Shown: positions 23,344 through 32,589, counted from the first letter of the stretch. The stretch: 64,000 bases of DNA from Desulfotignum sp. (GCA_018399285.1 JAGYOW010000014.1:3331-67330), one strand, 5' to 3'. Translations and numbers: made by a program. The notes: generated by a model from the sequence alone, not told the origin.

Positions 23344-24210
23344 ATGCTGCAGAAAAAGAGAATCGGATTCATCGGCAGCGGCAACATGGGAGAAGCGCTG
23401 GTTTCCGGCCTGGTTCTCTCCCAGGCAACCCAACCTGAAAACATCTTCTGCTCGGACATCGACCCGGAACTGCTGGCCGCCATCAAAGACAAATACCATG
23501 TCAATGTGACCCAGAGCAACCTGGAAGTGATCCGGCAGTCTGATATTGTTGTCTACGCGACCAAACCCCAGATTCTCGGGATGGTGCTCAAGGAAACCGC
23601 CCCGGCCCTGGATGACTCCAAACTGATCATCTCCATTGCTGCAGGGGTTCCCCTGGCAGCCATTGCCATCGGTCTGCAAAAAAAGCTGCGGATGATCCGG
23701 GCCATGCCCAATATCTGCGCGTTTGTCAAAGAAAGCGCCACCGCCATCGCCGCAGGTGAGTATGTACTGGAAAATGATGTGGCTGAAGCCCGGGCTATTT
23801 TCAATTCCGTGGGCAAAACCGTGTTTATCCATGAAAATGTGCTCATGGACGCCTTTACCGGTTTGAGCGGCAGCGGGCCTGCCTATATTTTCACCATTGT
23901 GGACGCCATGGCGGATGCCGGTGTAAAAATGGGCCTGTCCAGAAAAGATGCCCTGTTTCTGTCCTCCCAGACCGTGCTGGGTTCGGCCCGCATGCTTCTG
24001 GAATCCAGAGAGCACCCCGGACAGCTCAAAGACCGGGTGGCATCCCCCGGCGGCACCGCCATTGCAGGAATTCATACCCTGGAACAGGGCGGTCTTCGCA
24101 CCACTTTGATCAACGCGGTGGAGTCGGCCACCAAACGGTCCAGAGAACTCGGTGAACTGATGGTCAAGGATTTCATAAAAATCAATGAGAACGAATCAAA
24201 CGGCAAATAA
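23344..24210 (+). CDS. proC: Pyrroline-5-carboxylate reductase
   Basis: IGFIGSGNMG, RAMPN, GLSGSGPAY and VASPGGTAIAG. Confidence 0.95.
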   Translation: MLQKKRIGFIGSGNMGEALVSGLVLSQATQPENIFCSDIDPELLAAIKDKYHVNVTQSNLEVIRQSDIVVYATKPQILGMVLKETAPALDDSKLIISIAAGVPLAAIAIGLQKKLRMIRAMPNICAFVKESATAIAAGEYVLENDVAEARAIFNSVGKTVFIHENVLMDAFTGLSGSGPAYIFTIVDAMADAGVKMGLSRKDALFLSSQTVLGSARMLLESREHPGQLKDRVASPGGTAIAGIHTLEQGGLRTTLINAVESATKRSRELGELMVKDFIKINENESNGK

Positions 24211-24212
24211 AT

Positions 24213-24254
24213 AAACCGGGTGCGGCATCACTCGTATTTTGCCGCACCCGGTTT
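24213..24254. terminator. Hairpin between the convergent proC and DVU0772-family genes
   Basis: AAACCGGGTGCGGCA...TGCCGCACCCGGTTT inverted repeat. Confidence 0.7.
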
Positions 24255-24289
24255 CTGGCAAGGGAACTTTATGAGGAGGCGGTTATGGG

Positions 24290-24643
24290 TTAAACGTCAA
24301 GTTCCTTTTTCAGCCAGTCTCGCACTTTTCCCTCCACGGCATATACCCCTTTGTATTTGCCGATACCTTGTAAAAATTCTGCTTCCAGTGGCTTGGGCAG
24401 CGAAAAATTACCCAGTTCTTCGGAATCAAACCCTTTTCTCCGCACCAGCGTGAGGATCGGCGGATTTTTCCAGGTGTTGATCACAAAATAAACAGTCTCA
24501 TTGTCATTGTCCCTGGAGTTGTAATAGGATTGAGATCTCAACGGACCCCATTCCAGATGCAATGCAATCGCTTCTTCCGGTGTCATGTCCCAGTCCACTG
24601 AATTCAACAGATTGTAATTTCTCTTTATATCGCCAAGTCTCAT
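24290..24643 (-). CDS. DVU0772-family protein
   Basis: VDWDMTPEEAIALHLEWG, YFVINTW and VYAVEGKVRDWLKKEL. Confidence 0.8.
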   Translation of the reverse strand: MRLGDIKRNYNLLNSVDWDMTPEEAIALHLEWGPLRSQSYYNSRDNDNETVYFVINTWKNPPILTLVRRKGFDSEELGNFSLPKPLEAEFLQGIGKYKGVYAVEGKVRDWLKKELDV

Positions 24644-24708
24644 TTCATATCCTCCTGTGTCAGGATTGGTTCCTGATGTACTTTTGTTTGCTTATGCCAT
24701 ATACCCTA

Positions 24709-24724
24709 AGCAAGCCTTGTACCG
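24709..24724 (-). promoter_or_regulatory. sigma54 (-24/-12) promoter of the DVU0772-family gene
   Basis: Minus strand CGGTACAAGGCTTGCT has GG-N10-GC spacing, 65 nt upstream of the ATG. Confidence 0.6.
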
Positions 24725-24866
24725 CAGCAGCATTAAAATGAAAATAAGCTTTGATTACAAATGGTTGAAAAAAGTTCAACCCTGAAAAGGATGAAACAAG
24801 ATGGGGAATGATACAGAAATGAGTTCCCGGTTCTGATACATATTTGTTTCAGAACCGGGAAACGGA

Positions 24867-25442
24867 TCAATAATTTTCACACAACCGTTCAAACCAGCCC
24901 GTTGGCCGCACACAGGCCGGACATTTATCCGGTGCTTTTTCTCCGGTATGGATGTATCCGCAGCTTAAGCAACGCCATTGAATCGGGGCCTTATCCTGAA
25001 AAATCCGGTTGGATATGATATTTTCAGCCAGGTGCCGAAACAGTTTTTCATGATGATTTTCCGCCACAATAATAGCATCAAACGTATCCGCTGCCCGGGC
25101 AAACCCTTCTTCCCGGGCGATTTCAGCGAATTTGGCATACATGTCGTTGCCCACGTAATTTTCCAGCTCTGCAGATGAGAGCAGATTGGAACGGGTATCT
25201 TGGATCACGCCGGCGGGAAAATGCCAGTTGATGGTCAACTCACCGCCATTGAAAAACTTGAAAAACCGCAGCGCATGTTCAAATTCCTGGGCCGCGGTTT
25301 CATCGAACAGTTTGCCGATCTGAACATACCCGTCATCCCTGGCCTTGTTGGCAAAAAAATTATACCGAGTTCTGGCCTGGGCCTCTGCGGCAAAAGAGGT
25401 GTGCAGGTTTACCGCAGTCCTGCTTTCCCGGAATTTTCCCAT
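24867..25442 (-). CDS. rbr: Rubrerythrin (variant diiron site)
   Basis: EAQARTRY, EFEH, ENHH and the C-terminal rubredoxin domain CLSCGY...CPAC. Confidence 0.88.
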   Translation of the reverse strand: MGKFRESRTAVNLHTSFAAEAQARTRYNFFANKARDDGYVQIGKLFDETAAQEFEHALRFFKFFNGGELTINWHFPAGVIQDTRSNLLSSAELENYVGNDMYAKFAEIAREEGFARAADTFDAIIVAENHHEKLFRHLAENIISNRIFQDKAPIQWRCLSCGYIHTGEKAPDKCPACVRPTGWFERLCENY

Positions 25443-25472
25443 GAAAACACCTTTTATCCTTGTGGTTCGTTT

Positions 25473-25664
25473 TTATTCCTCGATAATGATGGCTTCAGCA
25501 CCACATTCGGCAGCAGCCTGGCGGACCTTGTCCTTGAGATGATCCGGAATGGGATCAGTCTGTATGGTGGATTTCAGTTGATCTTCATCATATTTGAACA
25601 CTTCCGGACACAGTTCGTTGCAATTTCTGTCACCCATACACTGATCAGTAATGGTCACTTTCAT
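25473..25664 (-). CDS. Single-cluster ferredoxin (CxxDxxC)
   Basis: CMGDRNCNELCPEVF...ECGAEAI. Confidence 0.85.
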   Translation of the reverse strand: MKVTITDQCMGDRNCNELCPEVFKYDEDQLKSTIQTDPIPDHLKDKVRQAAAECGAEAIIIEE

Positions 25665-25759
25665 ATATTCCTCCTGATAAAATAATGTGTTATGCCGGAA
25701 TCCATACCAACCTGGATTTCCAGGGCATGGTGGTGTGCTTTCAGGCCGGGATCCCGGGT

Positions 25760-26893
25760 TTAATGGCCGGTTTCCGCCGCCTGGAATCGTTTCATGAATT
25801 TTGTATCAATATAATCTTTGATTGTAAAGGCAAGCCTGCCGCTGAATACAATATTTTTTTTCTTGAGCACGCCCTGCCCTCCGCCCAGATTGAACACCAG
25901 CAGATAATCGGATCCGGGATCAAAGGGCTTGAGAGGCTCTCCGTCCAGTGCGGCCATCAGGTTGTGCAGCAGCACCGGATTCTGCCGGACCGCATACACG
26001 CCTACCTTGTCCAGTGGCTGCGGCTGAAAATGGATGCAGTCGCCGCCCCCGAAAATCTGCGGGTCTGTCACACTTTGAAGATACTGATTGACCCGCAGTC
26101 CTTTGTCCGGACCCATTGCCAGACCGGACGCCTCAAACATCGGGGTGGGAACCACGCCGGAAGCCATAAAGGTAAAATCCGTGGCAAATCCCTGCCCGGA
26201 TTCCAGGATGATCTCTGATGCGGTCACTGTTTTGACCCGGGCATTTTCCTGGATCACGATCCCGCGTTTTTCCAGAATCTGTTTTATCCGGGACCGGATC
26301 TTTTCTCCAAACCGGCCCATGAACCGGGAGCCGCATAAAATCCGGATATCAGGCATGTGCGCCCCTCTGTTTCCGGCCAGTTGCCACACATTGCCGGCCA
26401 CTTCCGCTGAAGACGGTCCCCCGCCCACCACATTCACGCTCACTTTTTTTTGGGCAAACAGGGTTTTCAGGGCTGCCGAGGCATTCATCAGCTGTTCAAT
26501 GGGTTTGACCGGATACAGATTGGCCGGCCGGTCTTGTTCAGGTGTGTCCGTTCCCGGCAGCGGAATGTGGGATCCGGCATTGAATGAGACCACATCATAA
26601 TTGATCCGTGCCCCGGACCGGGTCATCACCTGCCGGTCCCGGGGCATGATGTGTGTCACCCGGTCTGTGACAAATTCACCCCCCTGATTTTCCACGGTTT
26701 TACGGGTGGCAAACCGGATTTGGTCCGGTGAATAGGTCCCTCCGAGCATGCCCGGTCCCATGCCCGAATAATAATGAAACTCGGACGGGCCGATCACCGT
26801 GACCCGGTATTTTTTTTCAACAAACCGCCGGATATTTGCCAGGGTGACCATGTGGGCATGGCCGCCGCCCACCAGCACCAGATGTTTTTTCAT
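25760..26893 (-). CDS. FAD-dependent pyridine nucleotide-disulfide oxidoreductase, resembling the domain found N-terminal to SelD
   Basis: HLVLVGGGHAH, YYSGMGPG, IFGGGDC and KVGVYAVRQNPVL. Confidence 0.8.
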   Translation of the reverse strand: MKKHLVLVGGGHAHMVTLANIRRFVEKKYRVTVIGPSEFHYYSGMGPGMLGGTYSPDQIRFATRKTVENQGGEFVTDRVTHIMPRDRQVMTRSGARINYDVVSFNAGSHIPLPGTDTPEQDRPANLYPVKPIEQLMNASAALKTLFAQKKVSVNVVGGGPSSAEVAGNVWQLAGNRGAHMPDIRILCGSRFMGRFGEKIRSRIKQILEKRGIVIQENARVKTVTASEIILESGQGFATDFTFMASGVVPTPMFEASGLAMGPDKGLRVNQYLQSVTDPQIFGGGDCIHFQPQPLDKVGVYAVRQNPVLLHNLMAALDGEPLKPFDPGSDYLLVFNLGGGQGVLKKKNIVFSGRLAFTIKDYIDTKFMKRFQAAETGH

Positions 26894-26930
26894 ATTGTTT
26901 GCTCCGGAATGAATTTTGATGTATGGATTT

Positions 26931-27761
26931 TCACAGGGTGTCCATCAGTGTTCCCAGGCGGGCCAGATGCTGTTGTTCCTCTTTGGCGATCTGCTGAAGA
27001 ACGTCTTTGGCCTTTGGATCCGTCACCTTTCCGGCCACCCGCTGATACAGGTCCAGGGCCTGGGCCTCGATGGACATGGCCATGGAAACCACCTCGGTTT
27101 CCACGGACAGATCCGGGTCAAACTGATCCAGATACTGTTTTGTGGTCAATCCGCCTTCCAGGGCCGACACCGTGACCATGGATTCAAACCCTTCCCGGGA
27201 TATTTCCGGATCCACCATGTTTTGATACCTTTCAAACACCTGATCTTTGTGCTTGGCCTCAATGGCGGCCAGTTTATGGAACAGATCTTTAACTGCTTCG
27301 TTTCCGGCCTTGTCCGCCATCTCCAGGTAGAATTCCTGCAACCCCTGTTCCAGAGAATAGGCAATGACAAGGAACTCTTTGGCTGTTTCCGGGCCCTTGA
27401 ACAGGTCCATGCCCAGGGTCTGGGGCCCCACAGCGGTTTTTGATTTCCAGGCCTTGATGCCGCCGGATACATTGTACACCTGTTTAAACCCTTTGCCCGC
27501 AAGCATCTGAGCAGCCACCCGGCTGCGTCCGCCCACGGCTCAGTAGACCAGAGTGGGTTTATCCGGATCCAGTTCAGCGGCCCGGTCCGACAGCTCGGCC
27601 AGCGGGATCAGCACCGCGCCCGGAATATGGGAATCCTTGTATTCCCCGGGCTGACGCACATCCAGAATGGTAATTTCATCCGGATCATGATCTGATATCA
27701 TCTGTTTTGTTTCGTTGAAGTCTTTGGATTTGACCGGTGTCAAAAACTGCATCCATTTCAT
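26931..27761 (-). CDS. Probable selenoprotein: rhodanese (Sec at the active site) fused to a ferritin-like diiron domain, 276 aa
   Basis: ORFs 27540..27761 and 26931..27536 are in frame and separated by one TGA in LVY-U-AVGGRS. A SECIS-like hairpin follows. The C-terminus has E..EAKH and E..EQQH motifs. Confidence 0.85.
27511..27526 (-). promoter_or_regulatory. Candidate bacterial SECIS hairpin
   Basis: mRNA GCAGCC-GGGU-GGCUGC; the G-rich apical loop begins 19 nt after the UGA at 27540-27542. Confidence 0.7.
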
Positions 27762-27781
27762 AGGCTCACCTTCCTTATTAT

Positions 27782-29317
27782 CTATTTGACGGGTCCGGCC
27801 GATACTGCGTAAAGCAGGACACTGCCATGATTCAAACCCAGCAGGGCCGCCGCTTCTTTGTCATACATGGCTCCGATCCCGCAGCATCCCAGCCCCAGCT
27901 CCTGGGCCGCCATATACAGCCGCTGGCCGACCCGGCCCGCGTGCATCATCACATACCGGTATCCCCTGGCACCCAGGGCGGCTTCCATTGCCGCCAGATC
28001 CACTACAAACAAAAAATTCATGGCGGCCCGGCCGATCCATGCCTGGTCCAGGCAGACCCGGGCCAGATCCATGGCCGAAACACCGGTCTGCCGGCAGGCC
28101 AGGGCAGCCCCATCCCGGGAAAACGGATACAGCCCGGGGGCCAGTCCTTCCATGTTCCGGCTGATCATTGCCATTTCAAGGAATCCGCTGGCTGCGGCCC
28201 CGGTTTCATCCGGGTCCTGTCCGGCAAAGATCCGGGTGAATACCCGGTTTAAAAAAGCCGCCCACACCGGTTCAGGCAGGTTTTGAGAAGAAAAGTTGCG
28301 GCGGGAGCGCCGGTGGGTGACGGCATGAAAAAAAGACATGGTTTCAAATGGTCCCGGGTCCGGCCCCGGCCGCATTCGGTCCGGTTTCCGGGCAAACACA
28401 TGCGTGGCCGAATCAACCGCCGGGGACCGGGCAATGGAGATACCTGCCTGATAAACATCTTTCAGTATGTCATAAATCACCGGTCAAGGCCCAGCCGGAT
28501 TTGCCGGGTGAAACGGTTTTAAATCAGGATCCCGACCAGCGGCAATTCCCGGCCCCAGAGAGACACAGGCCAGCGGCACTTCCAGAGAATCATCCAGATT
28601 CAGGCCCTGAATCAGACAGGAGTCATTAAAATCATACTTAATCCGGGCCCGGACACCCACGGACCGGGCCGCCTGAACAACGGCTTCGGCCAGGTGACCC
28701 GCATCCAGCAGCAGATACCGAAACGCCCTTTCCCGGTATTTCCAGGCGGAATGATAAAAAATCCCGGTAATGATCAGGCAGGCCCCTGCCGGGTCTGGAT
28801 CCGAAAAAAAGATTTCCGGGCCCAGGGGCCGGGGATTGATTCTGCCCAAAAACCCCTGGATCGTATCACAATAATACAAACCTGTCTCAATATCATCAAT
28901 TTTGTGGGCTGACAGGTACATCTGACACGGATACAGACCTCCTGCCGACGGCACACTCCGGAACAGCAATCCCCGGCTACGGTCCGCCAGAGTCACCCCA
29001 TAAGACAGGCCAAGGATCTGGGAAACGGTTTCCAGATCCACGGATTCATCACACGACACCTGATCGCCCAGCACCTGACTCACCGTGGGATCAAGGCCAT
29101 TGAGCCCCTCATCTTTGTTCCGTCCCAGAATGGTGCCGGTTCCCTGCTTCAGCGAAATCCGGTCCTGATATTCATAGGTTTTAAAGGGTGCCGGATATCT
29201 TGAAAAATCCAGTGAATGGGGAGAAATCCGGTAACGGACATGGCTGGTGTGGTCATGGTACCGGACAGCCGACACAGGTGGATCAGGACTTGTCCGACCC
29301 ATCATCCTCCTGGACAT
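27782..29317 (-). CDS. SagB/ThcOx-like tandem nitroreductase-domain protein interrupted by one in-frame TGA (28484-28486)
   Basis: RSVPSAGGLYP, SAWKYRERAFRYLLLDAGH, HRRSRRNFS and YRYVMMHAGRVGQRLY. The two ORFs share a frame. The true start may lie a few codons inside the ORF. Confidence 0.8.
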
Positions 29318-29471
29318 CTGCCTCCAGTTTCATCATGCATTCATTGCATTCCAGCTCAATATTGGGCACATCCCCATATTTTTCCTTGATCTCCTCTTCG
29401 GTCATGGCGGATGTCGCAGTACATCCACACCGGGGACAGGACGTAGTGATTCTGTATTTTTTACCCATCAT
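29283..29471 (-). CDS. Small CxxC...CxxC metal-binding protein
   Basis: CPRCGC...ECNEC, 62 aa, AAGGA RBS, tightly packed in the operon. Confidence 0.75.
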   Translation of the reverse strand: MMGKKYRITTSCPRCGCTATSAMTEEEIKEKYGDVPNIELECNECMMKLEADVQEDDGSDKS

Positions 29472-29479
29472 TTTTTCCT

Positions 29480-29644
29480 TTACTCTTTTCCGGTAATTCT
29501 CGGATCATTGGGTGCTCCCGCACAATCCGGGGTGTAACATGAATTGTCCACAAATGTGCAGTCTTTTTTGCAGCTCGGACATTTTTCCGGCGGGGTGTCC
29601 GCCTCTAAATTGTATCCGCATTGATCACAAATCCAGCTGGTCAT
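29480..29644 (-). CDS. Rubredoxin-like protein, 54 aa (absent from the ORF track)
   Basis: MTSWICDQCGYNLEADTPPEKCPSCKKDCTFVDNSCYTPDCAGAPNDPRITGKE with an AAGGAGG RBS. Confidence 0.85.
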   Translation of the reverse strand: MTSWICDQCGYNLEADTPPEKCPSCKKDCTFVDNSCYTPDCAGAPNDPRITGKE

Positions 29645-29888
29645 AACAGCCTCCTTACATGGTTTTGGGTGTGTGTTTGTTCAATCATCGCCAGCGTACT
29701 GTTTCAATTCATCAAATATATCATTTGACATTATGAGTCCTTCAAAAGTCCTTCAAAAAGCATGCCGGGAATCTTTTTTTTACTCTGGAATCAACGATCT
29801 TTTCTTCAAAATATCACAACATCTGCAATCGTCAAACATAAATTCCGAATACCTGTCAATCTGTTATTTTAATCCCCGGCAGCAGGCC

Positions 29889-29972
29889 GCCCCGGCGGGG
29901 GTGCCTTGCTGCCGGCCAGGAATCCACGGGGTGGCTCCGACAGGCCGTCAACAAGGCACCCCCACCGGAGGC
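29889..29972 (-). repeat. Palindromic intergenic repeat, copy 2 (inverted orientation)
   Basis: The reverse complement matches copies 1 and 3 (GACGG.CTGTCGGAGCCAC.CCGTGGATTCC.GGCCGGCAG core). Confidence 0.9.
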
Positions 29973-30089
29973 TCAGCTGTGCAGATGATGAACGGTCCTG
30001 TTGAGTAGCCACAATACTTGAGTTAATCCGGTACTTATGATAACGATAATCACACATATTCAAAAATCATATATCAAGGAGATGCGGGC

Positions 30090-31577
30090 TTGCTTTCAGA
30101 TATTGAACAATCCAGGCTGGCCATATCAAAAGCAACGGACCCGAAGAAAAAATCCCGGCTGGGGCAGTTTTTCACACCGGCAACCATTGCAAGATTCATG
30201 GCGGAACTGTTCACCCCAAACAGCCACAGCCATTGCCGCCTACTCGACCCTGGCGCAGGAATCGGTTCTCTTTGTGATGCTTTTCTGAACCGGTGGATTT
30301 CCGGTGATCTCAAATTCAAGGATGTCCATCTGGATGCGTTTGAAATCGATCCTTTTTTACAGCCATATTTAATGCAGACATTGGGAAAATATGAAAACAT
30401 CTCCGGTTTTTCCATGCATATAGATATCTCCGATTTTATTATAACCGCATCTGAAGGGATATCCGGCAACCTTTTTGTCAAACCGCTTCCCAGTTACACC
30501 CATGCCATTTTAAACCCACCCTACAAAAAAATCCGAAGCGATTCAAAACACCGTTCCGCCCTGCGGCGGGCCGGCATCGAAACGGTGAACCTGTATTCCG
30601 CATTCCTGGCATTGTCGCTGTCTCTGCTTAAACCCCAGGGACAACTGGTTGCCATTGTTCCACGCAGTTTCTGCAACGGACCCTATTATCGCCGGTTTCG
30701 TAAATTCCTCTTAACCCAGGCCGCCATCAAGCAGATCCATTTATTTTTGTCACGCAGCAAAGCATTCAAAGATGATGATGTGCTCCAGGAAAATATTATT
30801 ATCCATCTTGAAAAAAACGGGGAAAAAAGGCCGATCAAAATATCCACCTCAACAGATGACCATTTTTATGACCTGACCAGTCAAAACTATCCGGTTGAAA
30901 AAATCGTATTGCCCGATGACACGGAACAATTCATTCATATCCCGACCGCATCAGCTGTCGCTTCCATTGCTCAGGGGAAAAATATTTCCTGGACCCTATC
31001 CGATCTGAAAATCAATATTTCCACCGGGCCTGTGGTGGATTTCCGGGTAAAGGAACACTTAAGAAAAATGCCGGGTCCAGATGCAGTTCCATTGCTCTAT
31101 CCGGCTCATTTTAACAGTCAAGGCAGCGAGTGGCCCAAACCGGACATAAAAAAACCCAATGCCATTCAACGAAACAATGAAACGGAAAAATGGCTGTTGC
31201 CCAATGATTTCTATTGTGTGGTCCGCCGTTTTTCCTCTAAAGAAGAAAAACGGCGGGTCATGGCAAACGTAGTCAATCCGGCTGATTTTCCCGAAATGAC
31301 ATTGCTGGGTTTTGAAAATCATCTCAATGTTTTCCATGCCAACAAACAGGGACTGCCCAAAACACTGGCATATGGCCTCATGGTGTTTCTAAATTCAACC
31401 GCATTGGATGAATATTTCAGAACCTTCAACGGCCATACCCAGGTGAACGCGACCGATCTTAAACAAATCAAATATCCTAGCCGTGATGTCTTGATGGCGC
31501 TTGGCGAATGGGCGTTGAACCAGTTGGAACTCACCCAGAAAACGATTGATGAAAAACTGGAGGCCATCACCGCATGA
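30090..31577 (+). CDS. Type II N6-adenine DNA methyltransferase (BsuBI/PstI-like, Eco57I-type domain)
   Basis: LGQFFTP, LLDPGAGIG, ILNPPY and FNGHTQVNATDL. Confidence 0.9.
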   Translation: MLSDIEQSRLAISKATDPKKKSRLGQFFTPATIARFMAELFTPNSHSHCRLLDPGAGIGSLCDAFLNRWISGDLKFKDVHLDAFEIDPFLQPYLMQTLGKYENISGFSMHIDISDFIITASEGISGNLFVKPLPSYTHAILNPPYKKIRSDSKHRSALRRAGIETVNLYSAFLALSLSLLKPQGQLVAIVPRSFCNGPYYRRFRKFLLTQAAIKQIHLFLSRSKAFKDDDVLQENIIIHLEKNGEKRPIKISTSTDDHFYDLTSQNYPVEKIVLPDDTEQFIHIPTASAVASIAQGKNISWTLSDLKINISTGPVVDFRVKEHLRKMPGPDAVPLLYPAHFNSQGSEWPKPDIKKPNAIQRNNETEKWLLPNDFYCVVRRFSSKEEKRRVMANVVNPADFPEMTLLGFENHLNVFHANKQGLPKTLAYGLMVFLNSTALDEYFRTFNGHTQVNATDLKQIKYPSRDVLMALGEWALNQLELTQKTIDEKLEAITA

Positions 31578-32521
31578 CCAAAAAAGAGAAGCATCTCAAG
31601 GCCGCCCATAAAATCCTCATTACCCTTGGAATGCCAAGAGCTCAGCAAAACGAGCGCTCCGCGTTGTGTCTGCTTGCCTTATTGAACCTCATCCCGGGAA
31701 AACCATGGTCAAAAGCTGAAGCCCCCTTAATGGGCATCACACCGATCATGGATTGGATCCGGGAACACTATCAAAAAAACTACGCACCCAATTCACGGGA
31801 AACAATCCGCCGCCAGACCATCCACCAGTTTGTGGATGCAGGAGTTGCACTTTATAACCCGGACAAACACGATCGCCCTGTTAACAGCCCCAAAGCTGTT
31901 TATCAAATTGCACCGGCCACCTTGAAATTGCTGCAAAATTTTGGCACCAAAAAATGGCATGACAATCTGACCGACTATATGTCGGAACGGGAGACACTGA
32001 TTGCCAGGTATGCCCAGGAAAGGGATTTGAATCGGGTGCCCGTGCAAATCTCTCCCGGGAAAACCATCACTCTCAGCCCTGGAGAGCACAGCGAATTAAT
32101 TCGCACTGTCATTGAAGATTTTGCGCCCCGTTTTGCTCCGGGAAGCATACTGATTTATGCGGGAGATACCGGAGATAAGTGGGGGTATTTTGACGCTGCC
32201 ATGCTGGCCGGATTGAAAGTCGATATAAACTCCCATGGCAAAATGCCCGATGTCGTTTTGCATTATACCAGAAAAAACTGGCTGCTGCTGGTTGAATCCG
32301 TCACCAGCCACGGCCCGATGGATGGGAAACGCCATAACGAACTGGCCCGCTTGTTTGCCGGTGCAACAGCCGGCCTTGTCTATGTAACGGCTTTTCCAAA
32401 CCGCGTCACCATGGCTCGGTATCTTGACAGCATCGCCTGGGAAACCGAAGTATGGGTTGCCGATGCCCCATCCCACCTGATTCATTTTAACGGAGAACGA
32501 TTCCTGGGACCCTACAAATAA
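31574..32521 (+). CDS. BsuBI/PstI-family type II restriction endonuclease
   Basis: YAPNSRETIRRQTIHQF, HGKMPDVVL, LVESVTSHGP and IAWETEVW. ATGA overlap with the methyltransferase. Confidence 0.9.
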   Translation: MTKKEKHLKAAHKILITLGMPRAQQNERSALCLLALLNLIPGKPWSKAEAPLMGITPIMDWIREHYQKNYAPNSRETIRRQTIHQFVDAGVALYNPDKHDRPVNSPKAVYQIAPATLKLLQNFGTKKWHDNLTDYMSERETLIARYAQERDLNRVPVQISPGKTITLSPGEHSELIRTVIEDFAPRFAPGSILIYAGDTGDKWGYFDAAMLAGLKVDINSHGKMPDVVLHYTRKNWLLLVESVTSHGPMDGKRHNELARLFAGATAGLVYVTAFPNRVTMARYLDSIAWETEVWVADAPSHLIHFNGERFLGPYK

Positions 32522-32589
32522 GGTTTCTATCTTGCAAGGAAACCATGGTCAGGAAGGCCATTCCGGTTCATCACTTCCCTCAGCGACGA

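Noticed and set aside
27782-29644. Thiazole/oxazole RiPP (TOMM) cluster
   Set aside because: A SagB-like protein is present, but there is no YcaO cyclodehydratase, protease or transporter. The small ORFs have metal-binding CxxC patterns rather than leader-core architecture.
29754-29769. CGGCATGCTTTTTGAA on the minus strand and a tandem AGTCCTTCAAA repeat upstream of the redox operon
   Set aside because: The -12 element is GA rather than GC and the repeat has only two units. Too weak to call.
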